13,043 nt of DNA from Armatimonadota bacterium (GCA_043754515.1 JAYUUO010000108.1:1-13043), one strand, 5' to 3'; counted from the stretch's first letter, positions 1 to 7,293 are shown. Translations and numbers: made by a program. The notes: generated by a model not told the origin, from the sequence alone.

Positions 1-1
1 A

Positions 2-448
2 TTCGCGTCGTCCCCGAGCGACATCTACGGCCTGGGCGCGCGGACGGCGTCCACCGTGGTCGGGGGTGACTACTACTTCGGCACGGCGGACGCGACGGAC
101 GCGACGGTAATCCAGCAGGGTTTCCGGCAGGTGGGCGCTACGTCGGCGACGAGCGGCGACGCGTTCACGACGAGTACCACCGGTAGCGTGAACCTCCGGT
201 CATATCTCAATGCACAGTACGCGACCGGGGCGAATGCGGGCAAGTTCGTGTTCTTACGCATCAACACAACCACTACGGACACGTTCTTCAAGTACCAGAA
301 CTACTTCTCAGGGGACCAGGGTGGTGCTACGGTGCCGAAGGTGAACTACACCACATCGGTGGTGGTAGTGCCCGAGGCGGGGACGCTCGGCTTGCTATGC
401 CTGCCCGCGCTGATCGGCGGGATTACGTTGGCTCGCCGCAGAAACTAA
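2..448 (+). CDS. PEP-CTERM protein-sorting domain protein, 3' part (5'-truncated by window edge)
   Basis: Frame is open from base 2 (FASSPSDIYGLGARTASTVVGGDYYF...) to TAA at 446-448. It ends in VPEAGT + hydrophobic helix (LGLLCLPALIGGITL) + basic tail (ARRRN), the PEP-CTERM tripartite signal. Body is Thr/Ser/Gly-rich. Confidence 0.85.
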   Translation, partial: FASSPSDIYGLGARTASTVVGGDYYFGTADATDATVIQQGFRQVGATSATSGDAFTTSTTGSVNLRSYLNAQYATGANAGKFVFLRINTTTTDTFFKYQNYFSGDQGGATVPKVNYTTSVVVVPEAGTLGLLCLPALIGGITLARRRN

Positions 449-463
449 CCTCTCGCGGGACCT

Positions 464-513
464 CCCCCCCCCCCTAACTCCCCTCTCTAGCGCGGGGAGG
501 GGGGGTAGGGGGG
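464..513. repeat. GC-rich imperfect inverted repeat (REP-like hairpin / possible terminator) with a C11 tract
   Basis: CCCCCCTAACTCCCCTCTC...GGGGAGGGGGGGTAGGGGGG pair as a long stem with a few G-U pairs and one mismatch. C homopolymer at 464-474. Starts 16 nt after the PEP-CTERM stop. No U-tract. Confidence 0.6.
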
Positions 514-591
514 ATGCGATCTCGGGATAGACAGGGGAGGTACCGAGGCGGCTACCTTTAGGGAGAGACCCCAAGCGCCCCCCCGACGCGG

Positions 592-597
592 TATAAC
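592..597 (+). promoter_or_regulatory. Putative -10 element (TATAAC) for tsaE-tsaB, possibly leaderless
   Basis: GG-TATAAC lies 7 nt before the GTG at 605, with no Shine-Dalgarno between. It is an AT-rich island in GC-rich DNA. Confidence 0.4.
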
Positions 598-604
598 GAA
601 ACCC

Positions 605-1117
605 GTGGCCACCGACAGCAACGCTCCCGACAGCGACACCCCTGAACTCATCACGATCCGGACGCGAAGTGCTACCGAAACACAGGCGGTCGCGGCGCGG
701 CTTGCCCCCCTCTTGCGCCCTAGCGATGTGCTCACCCTATCCGGCGACCTCGGCGCGGGCAAGACGACGTTCACGCGCGGACTGGTCGCCGCCCTCGGCG
801 TGCCGGAGAACGCCGTCACTTCGCCGACTTTCGCACTGCTCCACGAGTACCGGGGCGGTAAGTACCCGGTCTACCATGCAGACGCTTACCGCCTTTCCCA
901 CCCCGCCGACGCCGACGAAATCGGCTTAATGGAAGTGGTCGTCACCGGCGACGGGATCACGGTGGTCGAGTGGGCGGAGCATATCCTCGCTGCGCTTCCC
1001 TCCGAACGCCTGGAAATCGCGCTGGACGACACGGGCGGGGAGGAGCGGACGCTCCGAATCGTGGGACGCGGGGCGCGGTGGGAGAACTTCAACCGGGAGT
1101 GGCACGGCGCGTGCTAA
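605..1117 (+). CDS. tsaE: tRNA threonylcarbamoyladenosine (t6A) biosynthesis ATPase TsaE
   Basis: Walker A GDLGAGKT, followed by VTSPTF, HxDxYRL (HADAYRL) and VVEWAE motifs; 170 aa; overlaps the tsaB start. Confidence 0.95.
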   Translation: MATDSNAPDSDTPELITIRTRSATETQAVAARLAPLLRPSDVLTLSGDLGAGKTTFTRGLVAALGVPENAVTSPTFALLHEYRGGKYPVYHADAYRLSHPADADEIGLMEVVVTGDGITVVEWAEHILAALPSERLEIALDDTGGEERTLRIVGRGARWENFNREWHGAC

Positions 1118-1794
1118 TCCTCGCCCTGGACACGTCCGGCGACACCTGCTCCGTCGCGGTCTCGGACGGATTGGTCTGCCGCGCCGAATACGCATTCCGT
1201 CACGAGCGACGCTTAATCGAGCGCCTCCCCGGCGTGATCGGGTTCGTGTTGCGCGACGCCGGGGTGACGCTCGCGGACATCGAAGCGTTCGCGACGGGCC
1301 TGGGACCCGGCTCCTTCACCGGGGTTCGCGTCGGGGTGACGATGGCGAAGGTGTGGGCGATGACGCTCGATAAACCGGTGGTTGGCGTCTCGTCTCTAGA
1401 CGGACTGGCGGAACCGCTCGCGTTCACCGGACTACCGCTCGCGTGCGTCGCGCCGACACGCCACTCCGAGTCCGTCGCCGCGTTCTATGCCGGGGGGAGC
1501 ATCACCCCGCTCGCCACCCCATCCGTGGTCGCGAACGATGCCATAGCCGCGATGGGGCGCGAGATGGTCGGCAACCCGAGGGGCGCGTTTCTGATCGTCG
1601 GCGAAATCGCCGCGAAGATTCTAGCCGCGTCGCCCCCCGGCTCGGCGACGGGCGCGGCACTGGCAGTCGGCGCGCCGAGGGCGTCCGTGATCGCCCGGCT
1701 AGCGTTCCTCCGGCTGGAGCGCGGCGAGTTCGATGACACCGACTCGCTCGTCCCGCTGTATGTCACGCCGCCTCCGGGAACGTCGTCTGCCTAG
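1111..1794 (+). CDS. tsaB: tRNA t6A biosynthesis protein TsaB (YeaZ)
   Basis: Likely start is GTG 1111 (MLILALDTSGDTCSVAV), overlapping the tsaE stop, with GGGAG at 1095-1099. Signature GLGPGSFTGVRVG, then VGVSSL and C-terminal LVPLYV. The ORF-track start at 970 overlaps tsaE and is unlikely. Confidence 0.92.
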   Translation: MLILALDTSGDTCSVAVSDGLVCRAEYAFRHERRLIERLPGVIGFVLRDAGVTLADIEAFATGLGPGSFTGVRVGVTMAKVWAMTLDKPVVGVSSLDGLAEPLAFTGLPLACVAPTRHSESVAAFYAGGSITPLATPSVVANDAIAAMGREMVGNPRGAFLIVGEIAAKILAASPPGSATGAALAVGAPRASVIARLAFLRLERGEFDDTDSLVPLYVTPPPGTSSA

Positions 1795-1813
1795 CACTGT
1801 CGGCGCGGCCGTG

Positions 1814-3106
1814 TCACACGAAAGACTTCAGCCAGGCGGGTTCCGGCGCGGCGCAATCCATTTCTAGCACCACCGTGGTCCCGCCGGGACCCGTGAGCAG
1901 GTAGATGCGGTCGCACGTTTGTAGCATCAGGGAGAAGCCGTGCCCGAGCGTTCCCGCCGACGATACGCCTTTCTCCAGAACCCGGGGCAGTGCTTCCTCG
2001 GAGATCCCGCCACCGCCATCCCGTATCCAGATCTGGATGACGCCGCGCTCCGTATCGGCGCGGATCGTGCCCGCGCCGCCGCCGCCGTGCGTCGCCGCGT
2101 TCATCGTCGCCTCCCCGACCGCCGTCTCGATGTCCTGCGCCCGCTGAACCGCGAACCCCATTAGAGCCGTGATCGCGTTGAGTTGCTTGCGGAAGGGGCG
2201 CAGGGCGGGCACCGTTAGCTCCGCCGGGTCGGACGCGGGCGCGAGCGGCGCGGGCAGATCCGCCTCCGATAGACACAGGCGGAACTTGCCCTCGGTCAGG
2301 CTGAACACCACCTCGCGCATGAACCGCCGTTGCCGCGATAGTGCCGCCGCGCGGTCCGTCTCGCCCAATTTGCGGTCCGTAATATCCTGTGACGTGGCGA
2401 TGATGCCAATGATGGCACCACTTATGGCGTCACGGTAGGGGCTTTTCGCCGCCATGAAGTAGTGGGGCATGCCGTCCGCGTCCGGTACCGTCTCCTCGGT
2501 AACGAGCGGTTGCCCCGCCTCCATCACGGCGAGATCGTTCGCCAGCACCGCCCGCGCCGCGTCGTCTGGCATTATGTCGCCGTCGAAGAATCCGACGATT
2601 TTAAGGACCGGCTTGCCGACCGTGCGGGCGACCGCTTCGTTCGCAAACAGGTAGCGCCCCTCCCTGTCCTTCACGAACACCGCGTCCCCCGTGCCGTAGG
2701 CGATGGCGGAAAGCAGGTTCAGGTTCTCGGCCAGCAGTGCCTCGCTCCTTCGACGGGCGGTGATGTCGCGCGCGTAGACGGCGACCCCTCCCGGCACACC
2801 GGCATTATCGGCGGAGAAGAGTCGGATTTCGAGCCAGACGTTCGCGGACACAAAGTGGTAGTCGAACTGGGTCGGCACGTGCTCGCGCATCGTGTGTTGC
2901 ATCCGATCGTGGAGCGGCGTGGCCAGTTCAAGCGGGAACACGTCCCACAAGTTTTTGCCGATCACCTCCGCGCGCGGGCGGCCGAGTAGCCGCTCCGCCT
3001 CGGAGTTGAAGTAGACGTAATGCCAGGTCGCGTCAATGACCACGAGCGCGTCGCCGCTCTCCTCGACGAGTTTCTCGAAGTTCAGCGGGGTATTCAGTCC
3101 GTTCAT
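1814..3106 (-). CDS. PAS-PAS sensor fused to an RsbT/RsbW-like GHKL Ser/Thr kinase (anti-sigma regulatory factor type)
   Basis: Two PAS domains (SGDALVVIDATWHYVYFN...RDIT; DAVFVKDREGRYLFAN...QDIT). C-terminal N-box EATMNAATHG, G1 box IRDGGGGI, G2 box GVSSAGTLGHGF and GTTV. No HisKA H-box. ATGA overlap with the upstream phosphatase at 3103-3106. Confidence 0.85.
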   Translation of the reverse strand: MNGLNTPLNFEKLVEESGDALVVIDATWHYVYFNSEAERLLGRPRAEVIGKNLWDVFPLELATPLHDRMQHTMREHVPTQFDYHFVSANVWLEIRLFSADNAGVPGGVAVYARDITARRRSEALLAENLNLLSAIAYGTGDAVFVKDREGRYLFANEAVARTVGKPVLKIVGFFDGDIMPDDAARAVLANDLAVMEAGQPLVTEETVPDADGMPHYFMAAKSPYRDAISGAIIGIIATSQDITDRKLGETDRAAALSRQRRFMREVVFSLTEGKFRLCLSEADLPAPLAPASDPAELTVPALRPFRKQLNAITALMGFAVQRAQDIETAVGEATMNAATHGGGGAGTIRADTERGVIQIWIRDGGGGISEEALPRVLEKGVSSAGTLGHGFSLMLQTCDRIYLLTGPGGTTVVLEMDCAAPEPAWLKSFV

Positions 3107-6100
3107 GCACCCACCTCCGCCACACCGATAAGGAACGCGACGTCGTCGCGCACGCCGCCGCTACCGAAGCGGTCCACGCCCTCCATCAGCCGGTCCGCGA
3201 TGGCGCGCGGGTCGCGTAGGGGTGGGGTGTTCGGGAAGGCGGTGGGTGCCGGGGCATCCGAACAACATTCGTAGAAGATATCGCGCACGCCTTCCACCTT
3301 CAGCATCTCTTTGCGGGTCGGCCCGACCTCCGTCAATCCGTCCGTGAAGAACGCCAGTATATCGCCGGTTCCTATTGTAACCACCTGCTCGCTGAACACG
3401 CCTCCTATAAATCCCCCGAGCACGGGGCCGGTCGCCGATAGCATCTCCACGGTTCCCGATGCCGCCCGGAACACCAGCCCCGGCTCCTGGCCGCAGTTGA
3501 CGTAGGTCAGCGAACGCGCCGCCGCGTCCCAGATAGCGACGATCATCGTGGCGAACCCTGTGAGCAGTTCGTAGGTAGCGAGGACGCCACTCAGGGTTTC
3601 CACGGCGCGGGCGAGCGCGTGCCCTTCCTTGAAGTCGGCGGTGTGCAGGGCGTAGCGCAGTTGATAGCGCACCAGTGCCACCTGACTCGCGGCCTTGAGG
3701 CCCTTACCCGACAGGTCGGCGACCACAAGCACGGCCCGCCCATCACCCAGCGCGAACACGTCGAAGAAATCGCCGCCGACGCCCGCCTCCTCCAGCGCGG
3801 GGCGGTAGAATGAGGCGAGGTCGAGGCCCGTCACCTCGGGCGGTGTCGCGGGTTGGAGGGCTTTCTGGAGTTGGTCGGCAATGTTTCGCTCGCGTTTCTG
3901 GGCACCGGCGAACTCCAGGGCCGACCGGGTCAGCGTCGCCACATTTTCTAGTAACCGCACTTCCTCGTCCGTCCAGTCGCGCGGCTCGGCCGTCATGATG
4001 CCTAAAGCGAGTTGGTCCTCCCCGATCATGATGGGCACATGAACCACCCCGCGCGCGTTCAGTTCGAGGAGCGGCGCGCCGCTTTCAGGCGGGAGTGACG
4101 CGACGTCGCCCACCCGGTAGGTGCGCCCCGCCCGGAAATCGGGGTCATATCCGATCGAGCCGGTGTTCATCCGGTACACGCGCTGGTCGAACGCGGCGGT
4201 GCCCTCCCGGTGCCACTCGGGTGCCACCAGTGCGATATCCTCCGTGTAGTTATAGCGGACGAAGTAGCAACGATCCACCGGCAGGCTCTGCCCGAGCGTG
4301 GTGACCACCGACTTCAAGATATCATCCGTGTCGAGCAGAGAGCGGACCGCCGCGCCGACCTCGTTGAGCAGGTGCTCCCGCTCGGAATGCTGGCGCGTCT
4401 CGCTCTCCAGCCGCGCGTTCTCGACCGCGAGCCAGGTCTGTTCCGCGACGGTGGTCAGAAACGCCGTCTCGTCGCCCGTCCACTCGCGCGGCTCGGCGCA
4501 GTGGAGCGTGACGCCGGCGACCCATCTGTCATCTTTAAGGATCGGCACGCACAGGAGAGAGCGCACCCCGGACGCACGCAGAAAGTCCAGATACTCGGGC
4601 GCGAGGTTCGCGTCGCTTTCAAGGTCGGTGCTCATCACCACCCGGCCCCCCCGCAGGCCCGTGATCAGGTACGGGTCGAACACCGAGAGCGGATAAACGC
4701 CCCCCATGCTCGGGAAGTCGCCGCGCGTGAAATCGCGGCGCACCGTCGCCGTCCCCGCGCCCTCGTCTATGTCCGCGTAGACAAAACGTTGCACGCCCAC
4801 GTACTCGGTGACGCTCCTCGCCGTCTCGTACAGCACGTCGGAAGGATTGGGCAAGCCGCGAACACGCGCCGTGAACTCCGACAGGAACTGCTCCCGCTTC
4901 CACGCCTCGTGCCGCGCGGTCACGTCGCGCGATACCGCCAGAAGCTGTTCCGGTTCGCCGTCCGCGCTCAGGAGCGGCACTACCACCACGTCCCACCAGC
5001 GCGGCTCGCCCTTGAATGTCGGACAGAAGCCCTGGAACTGCCCGCGCCCGCCCGCCCGTGCCGTAGTGAGCGCCATTTCGACGGCTTTCAGTGCCACTTC
5101 GTCGCGCCAAAAAGTTCTCCAGTCCAGGCCGCAGATGTCCGCGAAGTCATCTATCTGCAGGATGTCCAGCCCGCCCTCGTTCAAGGTCATTACGCGCCCG
5201 TCCAGACTCAGAGTCTTGATGCAGTCGGGGCTACTCTCGACGAGGCGGAGCAGTAGCTCGCCCTGCTCGCGCAACTCTTCCTGCGCGCGCTTCTGCTCCT
5301 CAATGTCGGTCGCGCTACCGACCCAGCGGATCACCGAGCCGCCGTCCGAGTCGCGGATCGGGACGGAGCGGGCGAGATGCCAACGCCATTCGCCGTCCGC
5401 GCGGCGCAGTCGGTAGTCCACTTCGCAGGGGGTGCCCGCCCTGATCGCCGCGACCCACGCCGCCGTTGCGCGACCGACGTCCTCCGGGTGGATGACGGTC
5501 TGCCAGCCCCAGTCCCGCGTCTCCTCAAGCGTCAGTCCCGAATATTCGTACCAGCGGCGGTTGTAGTAGTCAACGCTACCATCCGCCGCCGCCGCCCAGA
5601 CGATTTGCGGCATGACGTCCGCCTGCGCGCGGAGCCGCTCCGCGCCCTCCCGCGCCCCTTCTTCCAGCCGTCTGCGGTCAGTCACGTCGCGGTAGACAAT
5701 ATGGATCCCGCCTTCGTTCTCGTCGGGGTACACATTGATCGCCAGCCAGACATCGTACGCGCCCGGCACGAAGTAGTGATACTCGAACTGCTCGGGCACG
5801 CGTTCGCGCTGGACGCGCCGGTACGTCTCCTCGACGATGGTGCCCACCGAAGCCGGCCACTCCTCCCAATGAGTGCGCCCCAAAAACGCGTCCACGGGCT
5901 TGTTATTGATGCGCCCCGCCTCGACGTTCGCGTAGAGGATACGGAAGTCGGCGTCGAGAATCAGATGACCGTCCCGCACGGTGTCGAGGAGCCGGGCGGC
6001 GCGGCGCGAACGCGCGGCGTCGGTGGCCTCGTCGGCGGCGATGGCGGGGTGAGTCCTGCCTGAGGACTGCCCGCCCTCGGATTTGCTGATTGTGATGCTG

Positions 6101-6150
6101 TCGGAGTCGCTCTCCATCCCCGGAAACCCCGTCTGTATTTGCCCATCCAT
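3103..6150 (-). CDS. Multi-sensor PP2C/SpoIIE-family (RsbU/RsbP-like) serine phosphatase: PAS-PAS-PAS-GAF-GAF-PP2C
   Basis: Three PAS/PAC units (including IHPED...YRLRRADGEWRW and SPDCIKTLSLDG), two GAF domains (e.g. GVRSLLCVPI...PREWT) and linker IADQLQKALQP. PP2C motifs GGDFFDVF, VADLSGKG, FTDGLTE and RDDVAFL are all intact. Confidence 0.92.
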   Translation of the reverse strand: MDGQIQTGFPGMESDSDSITISKSEGGQSSGRTHPAIAADEATDAARSRRAARLLDTVRDGHLILDADFRILYANVEAGRINNKPVDAFLGRTHWEEWPASVGTIVEETYRRVQRERVPEQFEYHYFVPGAYDVWLAINVYPDENEGGIHIVYRDVTDRRRLEEGAREGAERLRAQADVMPQIVWAAAADGSVDYYNRRWYEYSGLTLEETRDWGWQTVIHPEDVGRATAAWVAAIRAGTPCEVDYRLRRADGEWRWHLARSVPIRDSDGGSVIRWVGSATDIEEQKRAQEELREQGELLLRLVESSPDCIKTLSLDGRVMTLNEGGLDILQIDDFADICGLDWRTFWRDEVALKAVEMALTTARAGGRGQFQGFCPTFKGEPRWWDVVVVPLLSADGEPEQLLAVSRDVTARHEAWKREQFLSEFTARVRGLPNPSDVLYETARSVTEYVGVQRFVYADIDEGAGTATVRRDFTRGDFPSMGGVYPLSVFDPYLITGLRGGRVVMSTDLESDANLAPEYLDFLRASGVRSLLCVPILKDDRWVAGVTLHCAEPREWTGDETAFLTTVAEQTWLAVENARLESETRQHSEREHLLNEVGAAVRSLLDTDDILKSVVTTLGQSLPVDRCYFVRYNYTEDIALVAPEWHREGTAAFDQRVYRMNTGSIGYDPDFRAGRTYRVGDVASLPPESGAPLLELNARGVVHVPIMIGEDQLALGIMTAEPRDWTDEEVRLLENVATLTRSALEFAGAQKRERNIADQLQKALQPATPPEVTGLDLASFYRPALEEAGVGGDFFDVFALGDGRAVLVVADLSGKGLKAASQVALVRYQLRYALHTADFKEGHALARAVETLSGVLATYELLTGFATMIVAIWDAAARSLTYVNCGQEPGLVFRAASGTVEMLSATGPVLGGFIGGVFSEQVVTIGTGDILAFFTDGLTEVGPTRKEMLKVEGVRDIFYECCSDAPAPTAFPNTPPLRDPRAIADRLMEGVDRFGSGGVRDDVAFLIGVAEVGA

Positions 6151-6296
6151 TCGGGTGTCATCCTATTCTTTTAAGTTCTAACGGATACGTGAAAGATCGG
6201 TTCGCCACGACGCCGTCGCGCCGCTAATGGCCGTCATGGGCTTCTCTACCTGAGCAAGCGAAAGAAACTCTCAATAATCTTCGTTATTCCTACGCG

Positions 6297-6305
6297 ATTA
6301 TAACA
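6297..6305 (-). promoter_or_regulatory. Extended -10 promoter (TGtTATAAT) for the phosphatase-kinase operon
   Basis: Minus strand reads TG-T-TATAAT, a perfect extended -10, about 145 nt upstream of the ATG at 6150. The -35 position (TTCGAT) is poor, as expected for this promoter class. Confidence 0.6.
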
Positions 6306-6390
6306 CATGGGGGGCGTGGATCGAACGTTTCCTGCTGTCGTGACCTCTCTCCCCCTCCGGGCTGTTGCGAGGCACGCGCCGGAAAAACGG

Positions 6391-6396
6391 TACACT
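6391..6396 (+). promoter_or_regulatory. Putative -10 element (TACACT) for the ABC ATPase, possibly leaderless
   Basis: GG-TACACT matches TAnnnT, 8 nt before the GTG at 6405; no Shine-Dalgarno. Confidence 0.4.
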
Positions 6397-6404
6397 ACCC
6401 CGCC

Positions 6405-7154
6405 GTGCCGTCTCCTACTCCTCTCCTCCGCGCCGTGAACATCTGTGTCCGGTACCGCAAAAACGGCCCCTTCGCCGTACATAACGTCAACTTCGAGGTC
6501 GCGCCGGGCGAGTGCGTGGCGATCCTGGGACCGAACGGCGCGGGCAAATCTACCCTGCTCCGCGCCGTCGCCGGACTCCCCGAGGGGATTGTGGGGGGCG
6601 AAACCCGGTTCGGGGACGTCGCGGTCGGACGGCTTTCGGCGCGTCAGCTCGCCCGCCTACGCTCGTTCGTGCCGCAGGACAACCCCATGCCGTTCGCGTT
6701 CTCCGTGCACGAGGCGGTCTCGCTCGGGGCGGAATCCGCCGGGCGCGTAAACGATTCGCTGGCGCGGCTCGATCTGCTCGCGTTCGCCGACCGCTCCGTT
6801 CTATCGCTCTCGGGCGGGGAGCGGCAACGCGTCGCGCTCGCCCGCGCCTTCGCGCAGGACGCCCCGCTGATCCTGCTCGACGAGCCGACGGCGCATCAGG
6901 ATCTTCGCTACGCCGGTCGGGTGCTGGGTGAGGCGCACGGCTTCGTACGTGAGGATCCAGCGCGGCGCGGCGTGGTCGCCGTGCTGCACGATCTCAACGT
7001 AGCGCGTGATTGGGCGGACAAGGTGCTGCTCCTGCGGGGCGGCAACCTTTTCGCGGCGGGCGTGCCAGAGAAAGTGTTGACGGCGGAAATATTGAGCGAA
7101 GTATACGGCACATCGGTCACGATAAGTCCCTATATTCGCGCTGAAGGGGCATGA
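6405..7154 (+). CDS. ABC transporter ATP-binding protein, iron-siderophore/heme/cobalamin (FecE/HmuV/BtuD-like) family
   Basis: Walker A GPNGAGKS, Q-loop FVPQ, signature LSGGERQRV, Walker B LLDEPTAHQD, H-loop VLHDLN and family-typical C-terminal G.PEKVLT.E.LSEVYG. Confidence 0.88.
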   Translation: MPSPTPLLRAVNICVRYRKNGPFAVHNVNFEVAPGECVAILGPNGAGKSTLLRAVAGLPEGIVGGETRFGDVAVGRLSARQLARLRSFVPQDNPMPFAFSVHEAVSLGAESAGRVNDSLARLDLLAFADRSVLSLSGGERQRVALARAFAQDAPLILLDEPTAHQDLRYAGRVLGEAHGFVREDPARRGVVAVLHDLNVARDWADKVLLLRGGNLFAAGVPEKVLTAEILSEVYGTSVTISPYIRAEGA

Positions 7155-7160
7155 TCTAAG

Positions 7161-7273
7161 CCCCGACGCCGGGCCCGACCCGCGTTCCCCGACGCCAGGG
7201 CCTCAACCCGAGTCCCGACCGGGAGATTCAATCCGCGTCCCCGCTGCCGGACCCCGACCCGCGTCCCCCGACG
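7161..7273. repeat. Degenerate tandem repeat, about 4.3 copies of a 25-27 bp unit
   Basis: Units: 7161 CCCCGACGCCGGGCCCGACCCGCGTT; 7187 CCCCGACGCCAGGGCCTCAACCCGAGT; 7214 CCCGACCGGGAGATTCAATCCGCGT; 7239 CCCCGCTGCCGGACCCCGACCCGCGTC; 7266 CCCCGACG (partial). Confidence 0.75.
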
Positions 7274-7293
7274 AATCGCGCAACTCCTGTCTC

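Noticed and set aside
529..539. AGACAGGGGAG shared with 10422-10432
   Set aside because: An 11-nt purine-rich match with no start codon following at 540; compatible with chance.
4210..5256. 348-aa plus-strand ORF and other long ORFs opposite the phosphatase/kinase
   Set aside because: Antisense or alternative-frame shadows of well-supported genes in GC-rich DNA; no recognisable motifs.
1814..6150. LOV or phytochrome photosensor among the PAS/GAF domains
   Set aside because: No GxNCRFLQ (LOV) or PxSDIP (phytochrome) motif seen; ligands cannot be assigned from sequence.
6246..6268. sigmaB-like GTTT...AGGTAG on the minus strand upstream of the phosphatase
   Set aside because: Spacer is only 13 nt and the -10 is a poor match; a perfect extended sigma70 -10 explains the promoter better.
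7161..7273. Possible mini-CRISPR array
   Set aside because: Period is only about 26 bp, units are abutting and mutually similar with no unique spacers, and no cas genes are present.
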